19,986 nucleotides of DNA from assembly GCF_006345805.1 (NCBI RefSeq), contig NW_021824094.1:1-19986 (forward strand), written 5' to 3'. Made by a program: the position numbers and the translations under genes. This stretch comes from Octopus sinensis (Eukaryota). Position 1 is the stretch's first letter, and every line of letters begins with the position of its first letter. The notes under the pieces were generated by a model, which saw nothing but the letters and a program-made list of their open reading frames with translations, was not told the DNA's origin and made no database searches. Shown here piece by piece: positions 1 through 10,080 of this stretch.

Positions 1-286
1 AGGCTATCAGATGCTGCTACACATCGCTGGTCACAATGCGCTTCGCATTGTTTTAGCCCTCAAATGATGCCACCCCGCTGGCTAAGTGAGCAGGCCAACA
101 GAAGAAAGAGTGAGAGAAAGTTGCGACGAAAGAGTACAGCAGGGATCGCCACCATCCCCTGCCAGAGCCTCGTGGAACTTTAGGTGTTTCCGCTCAATAA
201 GCACTCACAACACCCGGTCTGGGAATTGAAACCGCGATCCTACGACCACAAGTCCACTGCCCTAACCATTGGGCCATTGTGCCTCC
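1..286 (-). mobile_element. tRNA-derived SINE, family A (3' end cut by window start)
   Basis: Minus strand begins GGAGGCACAATGGCCCAATGGTTAGGGCAG, with A-box-like TGGCCCAATGG (276-266) and B-box-like GGTTTCAATTCCC (233-221), then a non-tRNA body; abuts (AT)n. Resembles an octopus SINE as I recall it. Confidence 0.9.
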
Positions 287-337
287 ATATATATATATAT
301 ATAATATATATATATATATTATATATATATATATATT
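287..337. repeat. (AT)n microsatellite
   Basis: Direct inspection. Confidence 0.95.
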
Positions 338-552
338 ATGTGTCATTTATTATTTACAATTTAATTGAACATGACGCATCCATTTCCAAGTATATATATG
401 TATGTATATAAGAGAAAGAAAATAGGATTCACATGACTTTATTATTGGCTGTACATAGGTACCTCACAGTGAGATACATACTACAGAGTGTATACCCGGG
501 TTTAAAATTATTACTTTTATTATATAAGGGTCTGGTATTGATCCAGAGCTTT

Positions 553-616
553 AGTGGAAGAAGCTTGCCCAAGGTACCATGCAGTCGGACGGAACTTGAA
601 ATCTCATGGTTGGCAA
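553..616 (-). mobile_element. SINE family B, degenerate 5' fragment
   Basis: Reverse complement ...GTTCCGTCCGACTGCATGGTACCTTGGGCAAGCTTCTTCCACT aligns with the family B heads at 15908-15974 and 19028-18940. Confidence 0.65.
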
Positions 617-1104
617 ATACAATGATAATAAATAAAGAACCATAAAGAACCATTCAGATAAGTTTCATACTTTCTTGTGAGTCAGGAAGGAGATGGAAAA
701 TGTGATCATAAAGCAGCTATTCTTATAAATAATATTGTGAAACGACCTTAACTCTGCCTCTGTATCTCTCTCTCTCGCTCTTCTCCCACACACATCAGCC
801 ATGCTTGACCAAGTATCAGCCAGATTTCTTTCCTTTCTTTACAATAAACTAAAGAATGGGAATCACTGAAAGTTTTTTTTTTTTTTTTTTTTGTAACTCA
901 TTGGTCATATCTTCAGTTTATTTATGTCATATGAACTGTACAAATTACAATTCTTGGCCACTGGTCACTTCAGACATCTCCACACCCACACCCACACCAC
1001 ATGTGCACACTTAGTCTTTTTTTGTCTTTTTTCCTTCGTCCTTTCCTCCCTCCCCTCCTCCCTCTTCTCTCTCAATTTACATCTCTACCTTCCTCTGTCA
1101 TCAC

Positions 1105-1215
1105 CCTCCTTCTGTATGTATGTATGTGTGTGTGTGTGTGTGTGTGTGCATATGCATATTTATATACACATACATTTACACACACACACACACGAATATT
1201 TATACATGTATATTC

Positions 1216-1270
<55 letters not shown>

Positions 1271-1418
1271 CATAATACGACTCATCAACATGCACAGGCA
1301 CTCATGTTTGTGTGCATGTATGTATGGATGTGTGTATATACATATATATATATATGTATGTATGTATCCATATACACATATTTGTGTGTTATATAATATA
1401 TATATATATATATATATA

Positions 1419-1510
<92 letters not shown>

Positions 1511-1516
1511 ATATAG

Positions 1517-1588
<72 letters not shown>

Positions 1589-1624
1589 TATATAATATAT
1601 ATATATATAATATATATATGTATG

Positions 1625-1660
<36 letters not shown>

Positions 1661-1675
1661 ATATTATGTGTATGT
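1105..1675. repeat. compound (TG)/(CA)/(TA)n microsatellite
   Basis: Direct inspection; source of the YIYI/VCVC ORFs. Confidence 0.95.
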
Positions 1676-2049
1676 ATCAGGCAAAACAACATATTTTCTA
1701 CAGGCAAAAACAGTCAACGTGACTGCGATTTATTCGGTTGTATTGATCGAAGAACACTATTCTTAAAGATCACAAAAGATTATGCATGGCTCTCATGGTT
1801 TATGACAAACTTTCGAAGCTACACACTGAATGGTTGCGTAAAATTCACAGAGCAAACAACAAGAATGACCGTTATTGGCGCATTAAGTGATTGTGTTGTT
1901 TTTTTTTGTTTTTTTTTTTCTTTGAGCCATTTACCTAGATGCCTTAAATAATACAGGGACTGGACAGACCAAACATGAAAACCCAAATTACAGGAAAAAT
2001 ATTACACTCTCCTGTATCGAAGACTCTGTTGGAATGGACAATTCTTCAA

Positions 2050-2395
2050 ACACACACCACCACACATAAATCTATGAAGCTACACACACACAGACATACA
2101 CACACACCCACATTATATATATATATACATACACATGCAAGCACACATACACACACACCTATATATACACACATGCACACACACACACATAAATCTATGA
2201 ATTTATGTATATATGTATAATATATATATAACTCTCAATCACCTACACCCACACACGACCCATACATATTATATAATATATACATGCACTGCAAGCACAC
2301 CCACACACCACACACACACCACACACATATTATAATATATATATATATATATATCCACACACACATGCACACGCACACACACACACACACACATG
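2050..2395. repeat. compound (CA)/(TA)n tract with an 18-bp duplicated motif
   Basis: CACACATAAATCTATGAA occurs at 2061-2078 and 2184-2201. Confidence 0.85.
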
Positions 2396-2679
2396 TGGAA
2401 CCCATTCATAGTGTAAAAGAGTCAAAGACCTATATTTATTACTCTGCTGCTATTTTCTCGAGATATTTCAATATTGACACATTACTATATGGAACATCCG
2501 TGGACATTAGATGTCTCTTTACAGTTTTGTTGTTGTTGTTTTCATGTTTCCACATTCTTCATATTGTTTTCTTTTTTCCTTTTATATATTCCTTCATCCT
2601 CTTTCTTTTATTCTTTACCAATTTTCTTGGAATAAATCACAGCAGAGACAGAAAATAATGGTGCAGCATATCCATGTGT

Positions 2680-2775
2680 ACGATATATTATATATATATA
2701 TATATATATAGTGTGTGTGTGGTGTGTGTGTATATATATATATGTATAATATGTAATATAATGTTATTATATATA

Positions 2776-2810
<35 letters not shown>

Positions 2811-2920
2811 ATATATAGATATTAATATATATTGTATTATATATATGTCTATAGTATATGTATATATATATATCTACATGTAAACAGGTGGATACGTGAG
2901 TAGATAGTTAGATACATATT

Positions 2921-2948
<28 letters not shown>
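2680..2948. repeat. (TA)n/(TG)n followed by (GA)n
   Basis: Direct inspection. Confidence 0.9.
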
Positions 2949-2955
<7 letters not shown>

Positions 2956-2982
2956 CAGACAGATACACAGATATATTGGAAC

Positions 2983-3073
2983 AGGTTTGGCTGTGAGGTT
3001 AAGAAGCTTACTTCACAATGTATCCAGTTGTGGGTTCAGTCCCACCTTACACCACATTGAGCAAGTTTCTTCT
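2983..3073 (+). mobile_element. SINE family B, 5' head fragment
   Basis: TTGGCTGTGAGGTTAAGAAGCTTACTTC...GGGTTCAGTCCCAC...TTGAGCAAGTTTCTTCT matches the head of 15908-16280. Confidence 0.75.
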
Positions 3074-3107
3074 CCCGGTGAGCTAATGATTCTGCCAGCT
3101 CACCACC
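3074..3107 (-). mobile_element. SINE family C, 5' head fragment
   Basis: Reverse complement GGTGGTGAGCTGGCAGAATCATTAGC matches GGTGGTGAGCTGGCAGAATCGTTAGC at the start of the copy at 14133. Confidence 0.8.
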
Positions 3108-3239
3108 TTTTCTTCTTATCATTTCATTATTATAGGTAAACCCCCACCACACTTTATGTCTGTCTTTCCATTGTCCCCCCCTCGTCCTTTGCTCTTGTGG
3201 CAAATAAATGAAATTATTGTGACTTGACAAACAGTACAA

Positions 3240-3257
3240 CCCCCCCCCCCCCCCCCC
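3240..3257. repeat. C18 homopolymer
   Basis: Direct inspection. Confidence 0.95.
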
Positions 3258-3316
3258 GGTAGACACAATGTCTTCAATCAACAACCTCACAATATTGTAT
3301 GCTGTGTGATGTCTAT

Positions 3317-3322
3317 GATAAC

Positions 3323-3354
<32 letters not shown>

Positions 3355-3597
3355 TAATAATAAAAATGTCTGTGAGTGTGTATATGTGTACATATGTGTA
3401 TGAGTGTGTGTGTTAGTGTGTACCTGTGTGTACATGTGTGTGTGTGTATGTTTATGTGTGTGTATGCGTGTGTCTGTGTGTATGTGTATGAGTGTGTATA
3501 TGTATGTGTGTGTGTGTATGTGTGTACAAGTGTGTCTGTGAGTGTGTATGTGTGTACATATGTGTATAATAATAATATAATAATAATAATAATAATG
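3317..3597. repeat. (AAT)n - TG-rich composite - (AAT)n
   Basis: Direct inspection. Confidence 0.9.
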
Positions 3598-3649
3598 ATT
3601 TCTTTTATTGGCCACAAGGGCCCAAGACATAGAGGACAATATTCAAGGA
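3598..3649 (-). mobile_element. SINE family C, 3' tail fragment
   Basis: ATTTCTTTTATTGGCCACAAGGGCCCAAGACATAGAGGACAA resembles ATTTCTTTACTACCCACAAGGGGCTAAACACAGAGGAGACAA at 10593. Confidence 0.6.
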
Positions 3650-3996
3650 TGAGTTACAGCACACACACACACACACACACCCCAAAAAATTACAAAAAGC
3701 ATCTGGGGTTAACACCTATCAAACCTCTAAGAAGGAAACTAGTGACAATTTTGAAAAAGAACATAAAACGTAAAGTACTTAAAAAGAAACAAAAGAAATA
3801 AAAAAAAACCTGTAGAGTCTCTGAGGAGATTTCAGCCAAATCTAGTGAATGTGGGAGATTATAGGAATCTAAACATGATGAGATTATAATCTTGTAATTA
3901 TCAGGACTAATGATTATCAGATGAAGTCAAATAACAAGAGGGCAAGATGGGGGTGGAGATATAAATAAATAATAACATACACAAATTTTATACACT

Positions 3997-4525
3997 GTCT
4001 GTCTTTCTCTCTTTTTCTCTTTGTCTCTCTCTTTCTCTCTCTCTCTCTCTTGTTTTCTCTCTCTTTCTCTCTTGTTTTCTCTCTCTTTCTCTCTGTTTCT
4101 TTCTTGCTCTCTCCCTATCTCTTGATTTTTCTCTCTCTCTCTCTCTCTCTTTGCCTCCCTACCTCTTTTTATTACTTTGTGTCTCTCTCTCTGTGTCTCT
4201 TCTCTCTTGTCTCCCCACCTTTTCTTGCTCCTCTTCTTTCTTTCTCCCTTGCTCTCTCCCTCTCTCCTTTGCTCTCTCTTTCCCTTGATCTCTCCCTCTC
4301 CCTTCTCTCTGTCTATCTCTTGCTCTCTCCCTCTCCCTCTCCTTTGCTCTCTTTTCCCTTGCTCTCTCCTTCTCCCTCTCTCTCCTTTGCTCTCTCCCTC
4401 TCCCTCTCTCTCCTTTGCTCTCTCTTTCCCTTGATCTCTCTCTCCCTTCTCTCTGTCTATCTCTTGCTCTCTCCCTCTCCCTCTCCCTTACTCTCTTTTC
4501 CCTTGCTCTCTCTCGATCTCCTCCC
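3997..4525. repeat. ~530-bp polypyrimidine (CT-rich) tract with an internal ~145-bp duplication
   Basis: CCCTTGATCTC...GTCTATCTCTTGCTCTCTCCCTCTCCCTCTCC recurs at 4282 and 4428. Confidence 0.9.
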
Positions 4526-4847
4526 CATTTTATTTTTGTACATCTGTGCTTCTGGGCTGACAAATTAAGACTTTTATTCTGCACACTTTCATTTATAATT
4601 AACATCTTAGCCTTATGACTCCAATCCTGCCATGACCACCACCACCACCACCACCACGATTTGTACTGTTAAGCTTTTGGAGATCGTAAACATTGTTAAA
4701 CACATTACTACTTTGACATTAAATAATCAGGGGGAAACATTTATTTTTATGGGATACAAACAGACAAAAAAAAGGGTAAAATTTTTCCTTAAAATTCTAG
4801 TCTTGTGCTTAAGCGTTGAAATGCTTATTTAAAATTCTGTAAATGAA

Positions 4848-4893
4848 CAGTGCTCCAGTATGGCCGCAGTCCAATGACTGTAACAAGTAGGAG
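4848..4893 (+). mobile_element. SINE family B, 3' tail fragment
   Basis: GTGCTCCAGTATGGCCGCAGTCCAATGACTG matches GTGCTCCATCATGGCCGCAGTCTAATGACTG near 16230. Confidence 0.8.
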
Positions 4894-4937
4894 ACAAAAA
4901 ATACAAATTTGGAATTGCAATGGGGAAAAAAACTAAA

Positions 4938-5330
4938 TGCATGTGTGTGTGTGTGTGTGTACATGTGTGTATGTGTGTACATGTGTGTATGTGTGTACAT
5001 GTGTGTATGTGTGTACATGTGTGTATGTGTGTACATGTGTGTATGTGTGTACATGTGTATGAGTGTGTGTGTATGTATGTTTATGCATGTGTGTGTGTAT
5101 GTGTGTACCAGTGTGTACGTGTGTGTGTATGTGTGTATGTTTATGTGTATGTCTGTGAGTGTGTATGTGTACGTGTGTGTATGAGTGTATATATGTATGT
5201 GTGAGTGTATACATGTGTGTATGTATGTGTGTGTATGAGTGTATTTGTGGTTGTGTGCATGAGTGAGCACATGTTTGTGTGAGTGTGTATTTGTGTGTGT
5301 AAGTATGTACGTGTATGTGTGTGTGTGTTT
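4938..5330. repeat. TG-rich tract containing an 18-bp minisatellite
   Basis: ACATGTGTGTATGTGTGT is perfect at 4961, 4979, 4997, 5015 and 5033, with a partial copy at 5051. Confidence 0.95.
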
Positions 5331-5374
5331 ATATATCATTTCACTTAATGTCTGTTTTTCTATGCTAAGACAAG

Positions 5375-5466
5375 AATTTATTTACATGTAAACCAAACTA
5401 GTTTCAACAATATTTTTTGTTTATCAATAGTTGTTGAAACTAGTTTGGTATACATGTAAATAAATT
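5375..5466. repeat. inverted repeat: 36-bp arms (35/36 complementary), 20-nt spacer
   Basis: Left arm 5375-5410 AATTTATTTACATGTAAACCAAACTAGTTTCAACAA; right arm 5431-5466 is its reverse complement with one mismatch. Confidence 0.95.
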
Positions 5467-5561
5467 ATTTTAAACAATTACAAGTTTTTCAAATTTAGCT
5501 GCATTTTCAACAACAAATTTGCCTATGTTTTTTCCTACATGGAAACACCCCGCCTCTTTTG

Positions 5562-5605
<44 letters not shown>

Positions 5606-5646
5606 AGCATGGAGAATGGACGTTAAACGATGATGATGATGATGAT
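5606..5646 (+). mobile_element. extreme 3' tail of a retroposon ending in (GAT)n
   Basis: AGCATGGAGAATGGACGTTAAAC(GAT)n resembles a common octopus LINE/SINE 3' end (recalled); sits directly after (TA)n. Confidence 0.55.
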
Positions 5647-5926
5647 ACACACACACATATATATAAATATGTAGTCAATATTAAGGATGTAGTATCCTCG
5701 TTAGGGGTTTTAAAATCTGGAAATCAACAGGTGTTGTCGATTTATATATTGAGAGAAAATTCCGCCATACATTTGATGTGAAACATGTGTAGGCATGTTT
5801 AATGCTTATTTTTTATGATAATTATGATCCTTTAAATCTTGTATGTATTACATTGTTTGATATGTTTTCATCGTAATACAAATAAAAATAAGAATCTACT
5901 ATATTTCTTCTCCTTTTTCTTATATT

Positions 5927-6073
5927 AACTCATTTCTACAGCTGAGTGAACTGGAGCAATGTGAAATAAAGTGTCTTGCTCAAGAACACAACACACCGCC
6001 CAGTCCAGGAATAGAACTCACTACCACATGATTATGAGCTCAATGGTCTAACCACTGAGCCATGTACCTTCAC
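5927..6073 (-). mobile_element. tRNA-derived SINE family D (CORE-like)
   Basis: A-box TGGCTCAGTGG, B-box-like GAGTTCTATTCC, then CTTGAGCAAGACACTTT...CAGTTCACTCAGCTGTAGAAATGAG resembling the MIR CORE. Second copy at 11808-11934. Confidence 0.88.
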
Positions 6074-6074
6074 C

Positions 6075-6107
6075 ATAATATACATATATACACATATATA
6101 TAATATA

Positions 6108-6155
<48 letters not shown>

Positions 6156-6320
6156 TATTGCCTGTCTTTCATTATATATATATAATATATATATATATAT
6201 ACTGTCTGCCTCTCATTATATATATATATATATACAAGAGAGAGAGAGAGAGAGAAAGAGAGATGCGGATCTGCAGTTATCACAGGTCATACAAACACCA
6301 CATGTGCAACAGTGTGCATA

Positions 6321-6391
<71 letters not shown>

Positions 6392-6420
6392 TATACATAC
6401 AGACATATATGTGGGTGTGT
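6075..6420. repeat. (TA)n and (GA)n microsatellite cluster
   Basis: Direct inspection. Confidence 0.9.
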
Positions 6421-6722
6421 ATATACCCGTATGAAAAAAAAGAAAATGTTTAAAGCAGTTCAGAATTACAAATGATGTAAAAAAAAAAGCGAAGCATGTC
6501 TTTAAGTCTTTAACAATTCCGCGATGATTAAGGTGAGAGTGGAATCTTAAAGAAGCCGAGTTCCTCCCCCCTCCGCCTCCTCTTCCTCCCCTACCTCCAC
6601 CCCCGCCTCTCGCAACATGTCAAACCTCGTTTCATTTTCATCTCATTCAGAATATCGATTGGCATCAAAAATTGACTTAAAAAAAAAGAAAGAAAGAAAG
6701 AAGAAATCATTTTAATGCACTC

Positions 6723-7109
6723 TTATTATATCTATTGTTGTTGCTATTATTATCATCATCATCACCATCATAACTATGATCATTATTACAACTTATTATT
6801 ATTATTGATTATTACTATTTCGATTATATTTGTATTATTATTATCATTATTATTATAGATTATTGCCATTATTATTTATTATTGTTTTTATTTATTGTTA
6901 TACCTATTTTATTTAATATTATTATTATTATCATTATTATTGTTATTATATTATTATTATTATATTATTATTATCATTATTATTATAATTATTATTTCTA
7001 TATATTCATTGTTTTAATTTGATTGTTATTATTTTATAATTAATATTAAGATACTATTCTTCTTCTTCTTATTATTATTATTATTATCATCATATTATCA
7101 TTATTATTA

Positions 7110-7148
<39 letters not shown>

Positions 7149-7368
7149 TATTATCATTATCATTATTATTATAATTATTATTTCTATTATGATTCATTGT
7201 TATTAATTATGATTGTTATTATTATTATAATTAATATTAATATTACTATTCTTCTTCTTCTTCTTATTATTATTATTATCATCATTATTATCATTATTAT
7301 TATCATTATTACTATTATCATTATTATCATTATTATTATTATCATTATTATTATCATTATTATTATTT

Positions 7369-7402
<34 letters not shown>

Positions 7403-7500
7403 CATTATTATTATAATTAATATTAATATTTATTATTATTATTATTTTATTACTTATTTATTTTTGTTATTATTATTGTTATTATTGTTGTTGTTGTTGA
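6723..7500. repeat. ~780-bp imperfect (ATT)/(ATC)n tract
   Basis: Direct inspection; source of the poly-Ile ORFs. Confidence 0.95.
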
Positions 7501-7708
7501 TGTTGCTGTTATCGATTTTCTTTCCCTTCTCTCTGATGAAAAAAAATGTGCGATCCAAAGCCTTGACAAAATACCTTCCGAATCTCCTGTCTCAAAGTGA
7601 CACGTGTTAATCCGTCTCCCCTCCTCTCCGCGGCACCGCGCCACCTCTACCCCATCATGTTTTTGTTTTGGCGGCAGAGACGAGGAAGGCGCATGTAAAG
7701 AGGAAGGA

Positions 7709-7748
7709 GGGGGGTTACAGATGGGGGGACGTGGGGGATGGGGTGGGG
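7709..7748 (+). other. G-quadruplex motif, five G-tracts
   Basis: G6 7709-7714, G6 7723-7728, G5 7733-7737, G4 7740-7743, G4 7745-7748. Confidence 0.7.
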
Positions 7749-7758
7749 AAGCAATGCA

Positions 7759-7772
7759 TCTACTACAACTAT

Positions 7773-7803
<31 letters not shown>

Positions 7804-7825
7804 GCTGCTGCTTGCTGCTGCTGTT
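7759..7825. repeat. (CTA)n/(CTG)n
   Basis: Direct inspection. Confidence 0.9.
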
Positions 7826-8160
7826 GAGTGACCTTTGTTCTGTTTGAATGGATGAGCGATGATGCCAAACTCAATTTCAAAAAGATCATGCTTGCTTTCA
7901 TTCCATCAGAGAAGGAAAAAAAGCTACAAGTGCTTTTCCAGTATGCTGCTGCTGCTGATGTTGAAGCTGCTGCCAATGGTAATGGTGGTGTTTGTGCTGG
8001 TGGTGATAGTGTTTGTGGTGGCGGCAGTGGTATCGGTGGTGATGTTTGTGGTGGTGATAGTAGTAGTTGTTGTTACTAGTGGCGGTGGTAGTGGTGGTGT
8101 TTGTGGAGGTGGTGGTGGTGGTGGTTGAGGGGCTTATGGTGGTAGTGCTATTTGTGGTGG

Positions 8161-8243
8161 TGACGGTGGTAGTGGTGGGTGGTGGTGATAGCAGTAGTTG
8201 TTATTGTTACTAATGATGGTGGCAGTGATGGTTATGGTAATAA

Positions 8244-8282
<39 letters not shown>

Positions 8283-8573
8283 ATGTGGGTGGTGGTGGTG
8301 GTGGTAGTTGAGAGAAAAGTGCTGAAAGTTTAAAGATGAAATTAAGTTTTGTTGTGACGGTGGTAGTGGTGGTGGTGATAGCAGTAGTTGTTATTGTTAC
8401 TAATGATGGTGGCAGTGATGGTTATGGTAATGATAGCAGCAGTAGTAGTAGTAATAGTAGCAGCAGCAGCAGTGGTAGTAGTAGTAGTAGTAGTAGTAGT
8501 AGATGTGGCTGTTGGTGGTGGTGGTGGTTGAGAGAAAAGTGCTGAAGTTTTAAAATGAAATCAAGTTTTGTTG
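8161..8573 (+). repeat. direct tandem duplication (194-bp and 219-bp units)
   Basis: Units 8161-8354 and 8355-8573 both start TGACGGTGGTAGTGGTGG and end GAGAGAAAAGTGCTGAA...AAGTTTTGTTG; they differ mainly in the internal (AGT)n. Confidence 0.93.
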
Positions 8574-8729
8574 TTCAAATAAATAAATGAAAATACAATT
8601 CTAACTTTTCGCAATCAAAACCAATTATTCTGATGTGAAACAATGTACTTTTGTACTTCGATTGCCATTCTTTCTTTTCGTTTTTCAGAAATTTGCGCAC
8701 ATACTTTGTTGAGAAGAGATCAACAGAGT

Positions 8730-9071
8730 CATAACACATACATACATGAGTGCATGTGCGTGTGTGTGTGTGTGTATGTGTATGTGTGTGTTTATATATA
8801 TATGCATATACAGATGTCACACATATTTGTCTTGTGTATGTATTTGTGTGTATGTGTGTGTGTGTGTGTAGGTAGATCAATATATGTAAGTATACTAATG
8901 TATACATTTATAAATATATATATATATTATAAATATATACATATGTACACATAAATATGTATGTGTGTGTATAGATTTATATATATATATCTATATTTAA
9001 ATGATTATATATTATATATATATACACATACACATGCACACACACATACATATAGACACACATATACATAT

Positions 9072-9130
<59 letters not shown>

Positions 9131-9260
9131 AACACATAGATATTATAAATATATAGCTATGTGTACATATGCATGGCTATATATATGTGTGTGCAGTTAT
9201 GTGTATATACATATATACACATGCACTTATATACACATACATGCACACATATACACACAC
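8730..9260. repeat. compound (TG)/(TA)/(CA)n
   Basis: Direct inspection. Confidence 0.9.
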
Positions 9261-9682
9261 ATGCAATCTGTCGTCATTTCCCCTCCACTGTCATTTTGTG
9301 TTGGTTGTTATCCTCATTATTGTTGCTGTTGTTGTCGTGAGTAGTTAGACATTTCTATTTAGTTTGTCTATCATCCGCAAACACAAAACACTGTCACTCG
9401 CCATTTCAGAAGACAGAGCATGGTGCTTTCTACTTTGTTTTAGAGACATTGCAATTCTAACCGCACCTAGTGCAAAATGACGACAAAGAATGACAGAACA
9501 CAATGGTAGCATGAATTTAGCAACGCATTGTCATTTTGACAAAACTTCTTTGTACAAACCCCGATGTTGTTAATAAAATATATTTTATCGGAAAGTAAAA
9601 CACAATAGAATTTTCTAGAAAATTACTGGTTTTTACTGAGTTTTACTAAGTTTCAGTACAGGAATATAACTTTTTAAATATC

Positions 9683-10080
9683 TACCATATTTACTCACCA
9701 ATGGAGAAGTTCTTAAGCAGATAAGGCCGAAAATGTCGCTAGAAGCTAGGATCACCAAGCATAGATTGGCATATTTCGGTCATATTATGTGGAGAGAATC
9801 CCTGGAGAAGGACATCATGCTCGGAATGGTCAGTGGCAAGAGAGGAAGAGGCCAACCAAGAACCCGCTGGCTTGACACCATCAAGAGTGATACCGGAATG
9901 GACATAGCCAATCTGAAAGAAGCGGCCCAGGATAGAACTGACTGGAGGACACTGATCCAACGAGTGACTGAGAGTCGACTTCGACTGAGCGGATAGAGAG
10001 AGATATTTACTCATATATAAATTGAAATATTTTATACTTGATTCTAACTGAAAATCTGGGTTGCATCTTATACCTGGGCA
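9683..10080. mobile_element. possible degenerate DNA-transposon/MITE remnant that received the RTE insertion
   Basis: Removing the LINE gives TACCATATTTACTCATATATAA...GGGTTGCATCTTATAC, resembling TACCGTATTT...GGGTGCGTCTTATAC-type MITE ends (recalled); right terminus not clearly recovered. Confidence 0.35.
9698..10002 (+). mobile_element. 5'-truncated RTE-clade (BovB-like) LINE, ORF C-terminal fragment with TSD
   Basis: Stop-free frame 9697-9996 (TNGEVLKQIRPKMSLEARITKHRLAYFGHIMWRESLEKDIMLGMVSGKRGRGQPRTRWLD...DRTDWRTLIQRVTESRLRLSG*) matches the RTE/BovB C-terminal pattern (YFGH, SLEK..MLG...G.R.RG....RWLD, DR..WR). Short (AG) tail. Perfect 11-bp TSD ATATTTACTCA at 9687-9697 and 10003-10013. 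Confidence 0.95.

Noticed and set aside
221-286. tRNA-like A/B boxes here and in the other SINE heads
   Set aside because: No complete cloverleaf or acceptor stem; they continue into repeat bodies, so they are SINE heads rather than tRNA genes.
1703-1951. Possible exon after TTTTCTACAG (open frame KNSQRDCDLFG...)
   Set aside because: No recognisable homology and no clear donor; ends in a T-run.
4961-5058. Regular 18-bp repeats as a CRISPR-like array
   Set aside because: No spacers, low complexity, eukaryotic context, no cas genes.
7828-8079. ORF MTFVLFEWMSDDAKLNFKK... in a short unique island
   Set aside because: No recognisable family, runs into (GGT)/(GCT) repeats, and has no convincing splice pair; a BLASTX or RNA-seq hit would be needed.
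5775-8643. Shared 12-mer TGATGTGAAACA (near 5775 and 8632) and GAAACATGT
   Set aside because: A 12-mer match is expected by chance in this much AT-rich DNA; no stem II, and H17 would be G.
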